The translations under genes were made by a program, and so were the position numbers. The notes below the pieces were generated by a model. That model made no database searches. It saw only the letters and a program-made list of their open reading frames with translations, and had not been told where the DNA came from. DNA of 64,000 bases from an uncultured Verrucomicrobiae bacterium (GTDB lineage Bacteria > Verrucomicrobiota > Verrucomicrobiia > Chthoniobacterales > JAFAMB01): contig CAVXLD010000010.1 in assembly GCA_963762565.1 (NCBI GenBank), positions 192,001 through 256,000 on the forward strand, read 5' to 3'. Each line of letters begins with the position of its first letter. Positions within the stretch are counted from its first letter, which is position 1. Positions 32,351 through 41,005 of this stretch are shown piece after piece.

Positions 32351-32576
32351 AAGGAGCTAGGAGCTAGGAGCTAGAATTTAGGAGGGGCACACGCTGGGCG
32401 CATGGCCAATCGATCTCATGCAAATCGGTGGGCTCTGCGACTGGATGCGACTTATCGGGCCCATGGGTCTTCAGTGTCAGGTCTCATAGATCACGCATGT
32501 CTTGATCCCGAGCGCCACTATATGCCGCAAGCCCCAGATGCCCAGCGCGGGTACGCCTCCTAGCTCCTAGCTCCTT
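32351..32576. repeat. Inverted GGAGCTA arrays enclosing a further inverted repeat
   Basis: AAGGAGCTAGGAGCTAGGAGCTAG / CTCCTAGCTCCTAGCTCCTT; inner CGCTGGGC / GCCCAGCG. Confidence 0.85.
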
Positions 32577-32581
32577 CCGCT

Positions 32582-34450
32582 CTAATCGCTCTCATCCGTA
32601 TCGTCGTCCTGATCGTTGTGTTCGTTGTTGTCTTTACCGGAGGATTTTTTCTGAACGTCTTTGAATAATTCTCGGAGCAGTTCGCCGATCATCGGGGCTG
32701 CTTTACTCCCGCCATGGACTGCCTCGCCCACGGCTCCTTCGTACACGGCAGCAAAAGCATATTGAGGGTTATCTGCAGGCGCGAATCCAGCGAACCAGGC
32801 CGCAGTTCGTTCTCGCTTTTTCGGTCCCCACTGCGCGGTTCCCGTTTTTCCGGCGACCTTCACGTTATCCAAACTGGCTGCACCGCCGGTTCCGTTCTTG
32901 CTGTTCACAGCTCCGAGCATCCCTTCTTTCAACTCTTCCCGAGTAACCGCCCCAAGCTTTAACAAATCCTTCGCTCGCGGGCTGTACGTATATACAACCT
33001 CGCCGCTCAAGGTTTGGACCTGTCTAACGATTCTGGACTGATACAAGGTCCCGCCGTTAGCAATTGTGGCCATTGCTTGCGCCATCTGCAACGGCGTCAC
33101 CAAGATGTCCCCTTGGCCAATAGAGAAATTTGCCAGATCACCCGGCAAAAAGTGTCGCTTATAGGTAACCTTCATGTATTGATCAGTGGGAATTCGCCCT
33201 TCGGCTTCGCTATTCAGTAAAATCCCCGTGCGTTGCCCGAGCCCCAGTCGCTGGGCCCATTCAACCATAGTGGATGCTCCTAACTTCATCCCCAATTGAT
33301 AGAACCATGTATCGCAAGACTGCGTTAGCGCTTCCCGAAAATTGAGGTCTCCCTCGTCGCTCTTCCGCCAATTATGAAAAACCAGGTTCCCGATATCCAG
33401 GGCGGACGGGCAACCGAATTCGTCATCTGGGGCAAGTTTATGACTTTCAAATGCTGCAATCCCAACAAATACCTTAAATGTAGAACCCGCCGGATAAGCG
33501 GACCGGAAAGCTCGAGGCAGAAGCGGAATGTTCGGGTCTGCATTTAGCTTTTCAAACTTCTCCGCTGAGATGGCAGGAACAAAATCATTCGGATTGATTG
33601 TGGGCCACGATGCCAACGCCAAGACCTCGCCGGTGTGCGGATCGATCACCACGATTGCGCCACGCTTGCATCGCTTTTGAAGAATTTTCTCGGCCAACCT
33701 CTGCATATCTAAATCCAGAGTCGTGACGACGTTGTAGCCGGGCTCTGGAGCCACCGCTATATTTTGCCCGGTCACCCGGCCGCCCTTGTCGAAGATCAAA
33801 TGCAGTTGCCCCATTTTGCCTCGGAGCTGATCGTCGAAGGTTAGCTCAAGGCCTTCTCGACCTTCACTGTCCGGCCAAAGCAGATCGGCATTCTGCAGGG
33901 CCTTGGTATTGCTGCCGCTGGTTCTACCCGTATAACCGATTACATGCCCGGCCAGCTGGCCCTGGGGATAGTAGCGAACGTAGGTCCCCCGCAAGGTTAG
34001 CCCGTCCGGCAGCTTCTTTTTTAGGTTCTGTACTTCGGCGTCTGGCAAATCCGTAGCGATATCGAAGGGAATAACGCCTCGGTTCCGATAGTGTTGAATC
34101 GCCGCTTCCGGGGTCCAATTCACCGGACGTGAAGTTAACCTTTTTGCCAATGAGCCCTGTTGGTTGACGTACTGGATTACCTGGTCGTCCGTGAAATCCA
34201 GGGGCGTAGAGAAAACCACACTGAGATTGTAGCTGACCCGATTCTGAGCCAGAGCCTGGCCATTGCGATCGGTGATCTGTCCCCGCGGGGCCGGTATCGA
34301 CAACGCGTATTCAGCGACTTGTTTTTGCGTCTCCCAACTCGGCTTAATGTCCGGCGACTCCTCTGGAGTTGGCCGGAGTTCCTGGGCTCGCGCTGAAGAA
34401 ACTAAAACAATGCCTGTGAATAATATCCACCGGCTGGGCAGCAACCTCAT
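32582..34450 (-). CDS. mrdA: Class B penicillin-binding protein (PBP2-like)
   Basis: APRGQITDRNG, RYYPQG, STFK (SxxK), SCD, KTG. Confidence 0.88.
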   Translation of the reverse strand: MRLLPSRWILFTGIVLVSSARAQELRPTPEESPDIKPSWETQKQVAEYALSIPAPRGQITDRNGQALAQNRVSYNLSVVFSTPLDFTDDQVIQYVNQQGSLAKRLTSRPVNWTPEAAIQHYRNRGVIPFDIATDLPDAEVQNLKKKLPDGLTLRGTYVRYYPQGQLAGHVIGYTGRTSGSNTKALQNADLLWPDSEGREGLELTFDDQLRGKMGQLHLIFDKGGRVTGQNIAVAPEPGYNVVTTLDLDMQRLAEKILQKRCKRGAIVVIDPHTGEVLALASWPTINPNDFVPAISAEKFEKLNADPNIPLLPRAFRSAYPAGSTFKVFVGIAAFESHKLAPDDEFGCPSALDIGNLVFHNWRKSDEGDLNFREALTQSCDTWFYQLGMKLGASTMVEWAQRLGLGQRTGILLNSEAEGRIPTDQYMKVTYKRHFLPGDLANFSIGQGDILVTPLQMAQAMATIANGGTLYQSRIVRQVQTLSGEVVYTYSPRAKDLLKLGAVTREELKEGMLGAVNSKNGTGGAASLDNVKVAGKTGTAQWGPKKRERTAAWFAGFAPADNPQYAFAAVYEGAVGEAVHGGSKAAPMIGELLRELFKDVQKKSSGKDNNEHNDQDDDTDESD

Positions 34451-34498
34451 TGACCGATTAAAAACCACTAGACCGCCAGTTACGCAATAGGTTTTCTT

Positions 34499-34697
34499 GT
34501 GTCCTGTCCCATAAATAGCGTATCGGCGTGTGGGCGTATCGGGGTATCGGCGCGTGGGCCGAGTGGACACACAGTACGCGGCCACCGCAAAAGCGGAGCG
34601 TAAGGACGTCCACTACGTCGACTCAGTCCACTCCGTCCACTTACGCCGACACGCCGACACGCCCACACGCCAATACGTTATTTATGGGACAGGACAC
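34499..34697. mobile_element. MITE-like element with 17-bp terminal inverted repeats
   Basis: GTGTCCTGTCCCATAAA (34499-34515) and TTTATGGGACAGGACAC (34681-34697) enclose inverted GGCGTRTS arrays and GAGTGGAC/GTCCACTC; mobility is inferred. Confidence 0.6.
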
Positions 34698-36376
34698 TAA
34701 CGGTTCAAAAACCGCCAGATCGTTTCTGCCAGTTTTTCACTGATCCCGTCCACCGCTGCGATATCTTCGACAGAGGCCTTCCGCAGCCGTTCCACCGATC
34801 CGAATTTCGATAACAGAGCTTGTTTCCGGCTATCACTAACGCCAGGACATTCATCCAGAATGCTTTCGGCAATTCTTTTCTTCATTAACAGCTGGTGATA
34901 GCTGTTGGCAAACCGGTGAGCCTCGTCCCGGATTCGTTGCAAAAGCTGCAACGCGCCAGAATCCTCAGGCAGCCGGAGCGGTAGCGGCCGGCTAGGCCGA
35001 TAAATTTCTTCGAACTCTTTGGCTAAGCCAATAATCGGCCGCTCACTCAACCCGAGTCGCTGTAGTTCACGGCAAGCCGCACTAAGTTGGCCCTTGCCTC
35101 CATCCACGATGATCAAATCCGGCAAGCGCACAAATCTTTCTGAGCCGAGATGCGGTAGGGATGAGCTCCCGCTAATCTGTTTTTCGAGACCGCCCTCCTC
35201 CGGATTTTCGGGAAGAGCCGTCTCGAGCTTGTCGAGAGTACCCGTCTCGAGCCTGTCGAGAGATTGCGCCCGCTTTACCGCATCCTCGACCGGCTCTTGA
35301 TTGAATTCCGCCAGATCAGGCGCGACTTCCTTGGTCTCCAGTAAAATCCGGGAATAACGCCGGCGAACAACCTCTGCCATACTCGCAAAATCGTCTTGCC
35401 CAGCAACGGTTCGGATTCGATATCGCCGGTAGTTCGATTTGTCCGGCACGCCGTCTTTGAAACAGACCATCGATGCGACCACGTGAGTCGTGGAAATGTT
35501 CGAGATATCGAAACATTCCATGATGTGTGGCGGGCCAGGCAGGAGCAAAGCATCAGCTAAAGCCTGTAAATCTGCCGCTGGATCGACCGCACTGGGAAGC
35601 GAACCCCGAGTAAATCGGCGCGCCGGTTTGGTGGTACGTCGCAGATCCTCCAGCATATTTCGAATCTGGGCCGCCCGCTCAAAATCGAGCTTCTCAGCTG
35701 CCGATTTCATCTCGGATTCAAGTTGTTCTAACAGTTCCCGGCTTTCGCCGTCCAAAAACTCACAGGCCTCCAAGACCCGTTCCCGGTATTCCTCCAGCGA
35801 AACCTTCCGGATACAGGGGGCAGAACAGTTCTTAATTATGTGGTCCAAGCAGCGCCGGTAATCCGGCTCTCCAGGTTCTGGAGTCCGGCAGGACCGGATT
35901 CCAAATCGTTTCCGCATCCAGCTTAAGGTCGAACGCAACGCTCCAGCGTGAGCAAACGGACCAAAGTAGCGACACCCGTCGTCTTTCTTTAATCGCGTCA
36001 ATTGAAAGCGCGGGATCGGATCTGATAGATTCACTTTTACCAACAAGAACCTTTTGTCGTCGCGGAAACTGATGTTGTACTTCGGGCGAAACTCCTTGAT
36101 CAGCTTGCCCTCCAGCAGCAGTGCCTCTGGTTCGTTACGCACTTCATGGATTTCAAAATCCCAAACGCTATCGAGCAGAGCCCGAGTCTTTAAGTCGGCA
36201 TTCGCTCGCCGAGAAGGCATGAAATGCTGCCCCAGCCGTTTCCTGAGGTCCCGGGCCTTTCCCACGTAAATGATTCGATTCAGGCGGTCCTTCATCAGAT
36301 AGACGCCCGGCTTATGGGGAACATCCCTAAGCTTCTCCAGCAGATCAGATTTTTTCTGTAAAACCGACGGTTGCAT
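34697..36376 (-). CDS. uvrC: Excinuclease ABC subunit C
   Basis: GIY-YIG PGVYLM..YVGKA, UVR domain FERAAQIR, ECFDIS, DDFASM, DGGKGQL, RDEAHRFA, HhH. Confidence 0.97.
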   Translation of the reverse strand: MQPSVLQKKSDLLEKLRDVPHKPGVYLMKDRLNRIIYVGKARDLRKRLGQHFMPSRRANADLKTRALLDSVWDFEIHEVRNEPEALLLEGKLIKEFRPKYNISFRDDKRFLLVKVNLSDPIPRFQLTRLKKDDGCRYFGPFAHAGALRSTLSWMRKRFGIRSCRTPEPGEPDYRRCLDHIIKNCSAPCIRKVSLEEYRERVLEACEFLDGESRELLEQLESEMKSAAEKLDFERAAQIRNMLEDLRRTTKPARRFTRGSLPSAVDPAADLQALADALLLPGPPHIMECFDISNISTTHVVASMVCFKDGVPDKSNYRRYRIRTVAGQDDFASMAEVVRRRYSRILLETKEVAPDLAEFNQEPVEDAVKRAQSLDRLETGTLDKLETALPENPEEGGLEKQISGSSSLPHLGSERFVRLPDLIIVDGGKGQLSAACRELQRLGLSERPIIGLAKEFEEIYRPSRPLPLRLPEDSGALQLLQRIRDEAHRFANSYHQLLMKKRIAESILDECPGVSDSRKQALLSKFGSVERLRKASVEDIAAVDGISEKLAETIWRFLNR

Positions 36377-36443
36377 ACGCGCTGACAGGGCCGCTGAGTA
36401 TCATATCGTCTTTCACCCAATTCGTCGAACAGACGTGGAGCCT

Positions 36444-36720
36444 GGAGGGGAGCCGCTTTTGCGTGTTATGACGGGAAACAAGTGTTGCCTGGAATTTTAA
36501 CACGATCCTGACCCAGCTTGTGGTCCAGCAGGCGGCTCCCGCGAATAACCAGCGCGCTTTTCGCTAAAAGCTTTCGATAGCAACGACGAAACGGTTCGGG
36601 CCAAGGAGACATATGTCAGGGGTCGTTCGCGGGAGCCGCCTGCTGCCTCACGAGTCGGCATCATACACGATGAAAGGAATATGCGGGGCGTATTGCAACA
36701 GGCCGAAGCGGCTCCCCTCC
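36444..36720. repeat. Family A copy 3
   Basis: GGAGGGGAGCCGC-75-GCGGCTCCC ... GGGAGCCGC-68-GCGGCTCCCCTCC; followed by unpaired TTTCACC and TCCTAGC arrays (36751-36872). Confidence 0.9.
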
Positions 36721-36918
36721 AAAGATGCCTACGCCCGTTCATGGCGCCGCTTTTCACCTTTCACCTATCACTTTTCACCTTTCACACCAGGCCGGCCCGC
36801 GATCCCTTTAAAATGCGCGGCACACCTAACGCCAGATTCTCCTAGCTCCTAGATTCTAGCTCCTAGCTCCTTCCCTTGCACTCGAAGACATCGTGCGGTT
36901 TAATAAACCCCGATCTGC

Positions 36919-37668
36919 ATGAACTCGTTTGTCTTTTTGGCACAGCCCATTCTCGCCCAGATCGCGCAAGCTACCCCAACCGGAAGCCGGACTCAGGAAA
37001 CGCTTCTGAGACTACTGCAGGCAGGCGGTTGGGTCATGATTCCGCTTATCGGCGCATCGATTATCACACTGACTCTGGTTCTAGCTTGCCTATTTACCCT
37101 CAGGCGCGGCGCCGTCGTGACCCGTCGCTACATGGAAACTGCCGAAGCTCTGTTGCGGAAACGGGACTATGTGGCGTTGATCACGGTCTCAAACCGTCAT
37201 TCCAGCGCCATCGCCCGGATTACCGCGCGTACATTGGACTTCGCCACCAAGCACCCCTCTGCACCCCCCTCCGCGATTCGAGAAGTAGCGGAGACAGAAG
37301 GCACGCGGTTCGGCAGCAGCCTGCAACAGCGAGTTGTTTATTTGGCCGACCTGGCAACGCTCGCTCCCATGCTTGGTTTGCTTGGCACGGTGGTCGGTAT
37401 TATCAACTCCTTCGGCTTGCTGGCAGGGAACACCACGCAGCCGCGCGCAGTCCTTCTCGCTGGAGGCGTATCTCAAGCTTTAGTCGCAACTGCCGCCGGC
37501 CTCATCGTCGGTATCGCTGCGATGGCTTTCTACTCGTTGTTCAGAGGAAAAGTCTCTTCGATGATTTCTGACCTGGAAGCCGCTACGACCCATATCGTCA
37601 ACATCCTGGCCACTCAGCGTTCTCGCCGGATCGAACCTTCCGGAGTTCTGGAAAACGATGATATTTAA
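36919..37668 (+). CDS. MotA/TolQ/ExbB proton channel protein
   Basis: GGWVMIPL, LAPMLGLLGTVVGII, GVSQALVATAAGL. Confidence 0.95.
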   Translation: MNSFVFLAQPILAQIAQATPTGSRTQETLLRLLQAGGWVMIPLIGASIITLTLVLACLFTLRRGAVVTRRYMETAEALLRKRDYVALITVSNRHSSAIARITARTLDFATKHPSAPPSAIREVAETEGTRFGSSLQQRVVYLADLATLAPMLGLLGTVVGIINSFGLLAGNTTQPRAVLLAGGVSQALVATAAGLIVGIAAMAFYSLFRGKVSSMISDLEAATTHIVNILATQRSRRIEPSGVLENDDI

Positions 37669-37674
37669 AGACAA

Positions 37675-38091
37675 ATGAATTTTCGCAACCAGGCTGAGCC
37701 TCGAGTGCTCGGATTCATGATCGCCCCAATGGTCGATATCCTATTGGTGATCCTCTGTTTCTTCATCGTAACTTGGAATTTCGCTCTGGCCGAGAACGAG
37801 CTCGATGTTCGCGTGCCAAGCGCAACCAAAGCAAACGAACCACAACCGTATGTCGGGCAAGTGGTGATTAACGTGAAAGCGGACGGAACGGTGATCGTGA
37901 ATCATCAACCCAAATCGTCCGAGGAGCTGCTGGATCAGCTCAAAAAGCTGTCCCAATTGTATCCGGACCAGGCGGTGATCGTGCGAGGTGATGAGGCGGT
38001 TGATTATAAGCATATTGTCGAGGTACTGGATGTCTGCCGCCAAGCGGATATCTGGAACGTGGCCTTCGCCACGGGCAAACCCGAACAATGA
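37675..38091 (+). CDS. ExbD/TolR family protein
   Basis: IAPMVDILLVIL, VIVRGD. Confidence 0.95.
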   Translation: MNFRNQAEPRVLGFMIAPMVDILLVILCFFIVTWNFALAENELDVRVPSATKANEPQPYVGQVVINVKADGTVIVNHQPKSSEELLDQLKKLSQLYPDQAVIVRGDEAVDYKHIVEVLDVCRQADIWNVAFATGKPEQ

Positions 38092-40838
38092 ATCGAGGTA
38101 ACCAATGCGGTCACCTGTGCTCCAGGTTTTGGATCACAAAAGGATCCGCCGGTGCGTGGATATGGCGTAACAGGTCGAGCGGTATTACGTCAATTGGTAG
38201 GCCGCGGGAAAGAAGTAAAATGCACGTCACAAATTTTGGCCGGTTAGCCGCCGGGATAATCTGCGCAGGCTTAATCGGACAAACTACTGTCGGAATCGCT
38301 CAAGAAGTGCGGAGGGCGTTACCGGCAACCCCAACTCCCGGTGAGACGGCGGCGCCACGGGCGCTTCCGGTAAATCCAACACCAACGCCGGTGCTGCGGG
38401 CGCGCCCGGTAAATCCAACACCGGCGCCAGTAACGGGGCAATCCATTTTAGACGAAAGGATCGATAGCCGCGGCTCCGAAACTCAGAACAACAGCGCGAA
38501 TTCTCGCGGTAGCTCTGCCGAACCAGACAATCGGACCCGCGATCAAATCGCAAATGATGAGATCCGCTTGGCTCCCGAGGGTAACACCGAGAACGCCGAA
38601 GACCCCGCCAAAGCGCAACTCGCGATCGCGGACGGGCTATATGTCCGGAAACTTTACGATTTGGCCGCGCCCGAATACGAAAAATTTCTAGGCCGGTACC
38701 AGGATGACTCTGGACGCGCCGCCGCGATGTATCGGTTAGCAGATTGCTATTCGAAAACGGGCCAGGAATCGCCGGCTGTCAATACTTATCGGATGTTGCT
38801 CACTGAAATACAGACGGGCGAATTCGTCGGCAGTGCCGCCTTCCGCCTAGCCTCGCGGGCTTTCGATCAGAAAGATTATGGGAGCGCCTCGAGCTTGTAC
38901 GAAAAAGCGTACAACAATAGCAAGTCTTCCGAAGTTAAGATCACCGCTCTGTACTACGAGGCCAAGAGCTTGGAATTAATGAACCGGAAGAGTGAAGCTC
39001 GCCCGATTTACGAAGAGGTGGCTAAGACGGGAGAGAACAACCCATTCCGGGACGCGGCCCGTTTGTCCGTCGCTTATTTCGCGTTGGAAAATGGCCAGAA
39101 AGAATCTGCCTACGATCTCTTTCGTAGCCTTGGCGCCGATGCCGTCAAGCCGGCCGTTCGCGTCGAATCGCTAGTTCGTGCCGGTATTCTGGGCGAGGAC
39201 TTGAAGAAACGCGACGAGGCCGAGCAATTGTTCAAGACGGCGATTAGCACAAGCGCCGAAGGAAAATGGAAGCAAATCGCTCAGCTTGAACTAATGAAAC
39301 TCGAGTACGACGGCGACAAGTTCGCTCAAGTGCTTGATACCTACGCCAAGAATTTGAATGCGTTAGGCGAAGAGACCAAACCGAGTGTGTTGTTGATCGT
39401 AGCAAACTCGTACCGACAGCTGGGTAAACAATCAAAAGCGCTCGATTTTTATAATCTGCTGATCCGCCAATATCCAAGCACTCAAGAGGCCGCAGATGGC
39501 CGTTATCAACGACTGGTTTCATTGGATCAATTGAAAGATCCAAGTCTGTCCCACGAGGTGGATGCCTATCTCTTGATGAATCCACCGAAAGAACGGGCAG
39601 ACAAAGCTCTGCTGTTGAAAGCTCAGGCCCTGCTTCAACAGAATCAGTATGCCATCGCCGCCAAGCTCTATCTGCAGCTAACTAACTCGACCCTGCCGGA
39701 TACATATAAACCAGACTGTTATTACGCCGCCGGCTATGGCTTTAGTCAGGTGCACAATAATTCCCCGGCCATCGAAGCCTTCTCCGGGCTAATCCAGAAC
39801 TATCCCCAGTATAAACTGGTAGTGAAGGCCTTGCTGAAACGGGCGTTACTTTATCAAGAAGGAAAAAATTATACCGCCGCGCTTACCGACTTTTCTAAGA
39901 TCATCGAACAATATCCGACCGCGGCCGAATGCGAGACCGCGCTATTGGAGAAAGGGCTCACCTTAGGACAACAGGGGGAGTATCAGCAAATGACGGACAC
40001 ATTCCATCAATTGCTGCAAAAGTTCCCCAATAGCTCCGGCGCTGCCCAAGCCAATTTCTGGATAGGTTGGGCAGACTTTGAAGCCAAGCGTTATGCCGAG
40101 GCGATCGGGCCTCTGTCCGCCGCCCGGCAAAAGAATCCCGGTGAGTACGGCGATCGAGTGACCCTTCGGCTGATTTTCTGCCAACAAACGCTTGGTCATT
40201 TGGATGACGCCGCAACTGAGGTTTCTAACTTCGTCCAGTCCGATATAAAGCGGGTCAGCCTGGTCGCAGACGCGTGTGCCTGGCTTGGCCAGCGTTACTT
40301 CGAGGCAAAACAATACGAAAAGTCAGAGAAATTCCTGTCATTGCTGACCAAGAATGTTTCGGCTGACAAATTCGACAAAGGCGTGTGGTTGACCCTTGGA
40401 CACAACCAAATCGAGCTCCAACACTATCCTGAGGCGACCGCGTCGATTAACTCATACCTTCAGTCCGCCACTGATGCTGCGGATCGCGCCAAAGCCTTTG
40501 TTGCTTTGTCTGCCGCTCAATTGGGCGCGAAACAGTATGATGATGCCACCAAATCCGCAGAACAAGCAATGACGTTACAGCCGGAAGGTCGCACCAATGC
40601 AGAAGCCCGGTTAGCTGTCGGTGATGTTGAGTCCGGCCGTGGCAACTACGAGAATGCAGCCAAATCTTACCTCAGTGTTGCGGTCCTTTACGAAGACCCC
40701 GAAGTGACACCATTGGCTCTGGAGAAGGCATACATGGCCTTCCACCAATCCGGCAACGAGACTGAAGCTAACAAAACGTTGACCGAACTGAGAACCCGCT
40801 TCCCGAACTACCAGCTAAAGACAGCTAATGCCGGCTGA
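38088..40838 (+). CDS. Large exported TPR protein (CpoB/BamD-like repeats)
   Basis: Many TPRs ending in YP/FP; Pro-rich N-terminus; ATGA overlap with the exbD stop; alternative start 38220 gives a cleaner signal peptide. Confidence 0.88.
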   Translation: MNRGNQCGHLCSRFWITKGSAGAWIWRNRSSGITSIGRPRERSKMHVTNFGRLAAGIICAGLIGQTTVGIAQEVRRALPATPTPGETAAPRALPVNPTPTPVLRARPVNPTPAPVTGQSILDERIDSRGSETQNNSANSRGSSAEPDNRTRDQIANDEIRLAPEGNTENAEDPAKAQLAIADGLYVRKLYDLAAPEYEKFLGRYQDDSGRAAAMYRLADCYSKTGQESPAVNTYRMLLTEIQTGEFVGSAAFRLASRAFDQKDYGSASSLYEKAYNNSKSSEVKITALYYEAKSLELMNRKSEARPIYEEVAKTGENNPFRDAARLSVAYFALENGQKESAYDLFRSLGADAVKPAVRVESLVRAGILGEDLKKRDEAEQLFKTAISTSAEGKWKQIAQLELMKLEYDGDKFAQVLDTYAKNLNALGEETKPSVLLIVANSYRQLGKQSKALDFYNLLIRQYPSTQEAADGRYQRLVSLDQLKDPSLSHEVDAYLLMNPPKERADKALLLKAQALLQQNQYAIAAKLYLQLTNSTLPDTYKPDCYYAAGYGFSQVHNNSPAIEAFSGLIQNYPQYKLVVKALLKRALLYQEGKNYTAALTDFSKIIEQYPTAAECETALLEKGLTLGQQGEYQQMTDTFHQLLQKFPNSSGAAQANFWIGWADFEAKRYAEAIGPLSAARQKNPGEYGDRVTLRLIFCQQTLGHLDDAATEVSNFVQSDIKRVSLVADACAWLGQRYFEAKQYEKSEKFLSLLTKNVSADKFDKGVWLTLGHNQIELQHYPEATASINSYLQSATDAADRAKAFVALSAAQLGAKQYDDATKSAEQAMTLQPEGRTNAEARLAVGDVESGRGNYENAAKSYLSVAVLYEDPEVTPLALEKAYMAFHQSGNETEANKTLTELRTRFPNYQLKTANAG

Positions 40839-40840
40839 TA

Positions 40841-40956
40841 GCGAATGGGCGAAACGGCGAATGGGCGAAGGGGCGATCGGAGGCGTGGACTGTTGATTGG
40901 CCCTATCGATCATGGGCGCTCCCATTCGCCGTATCGCCGTATCGCCGTATCGCCCC
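40841..40956. repeat. Inverted octamer arrays (GGCGAAWS / GTATCGCC)
   Basis: GCGAATGGGCGAAACGGCGAATGGGCGAA / CCCATTCGCCGTATCGCCGTATCGCCGTATCGCC. Confidence 0.85.
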
Positions 40957-41005
40957 ATAGACATCCCCACCACCCCAGACTAGTGTCCCCAGACCGCAAC
41001 GTTCC

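Noticed and set aside
40841..41005. TPP riboswitch upstream of thiH
   Set aside because: The region is an octamer inverted array; no GCTGAGA or other TPP core motif was seen.
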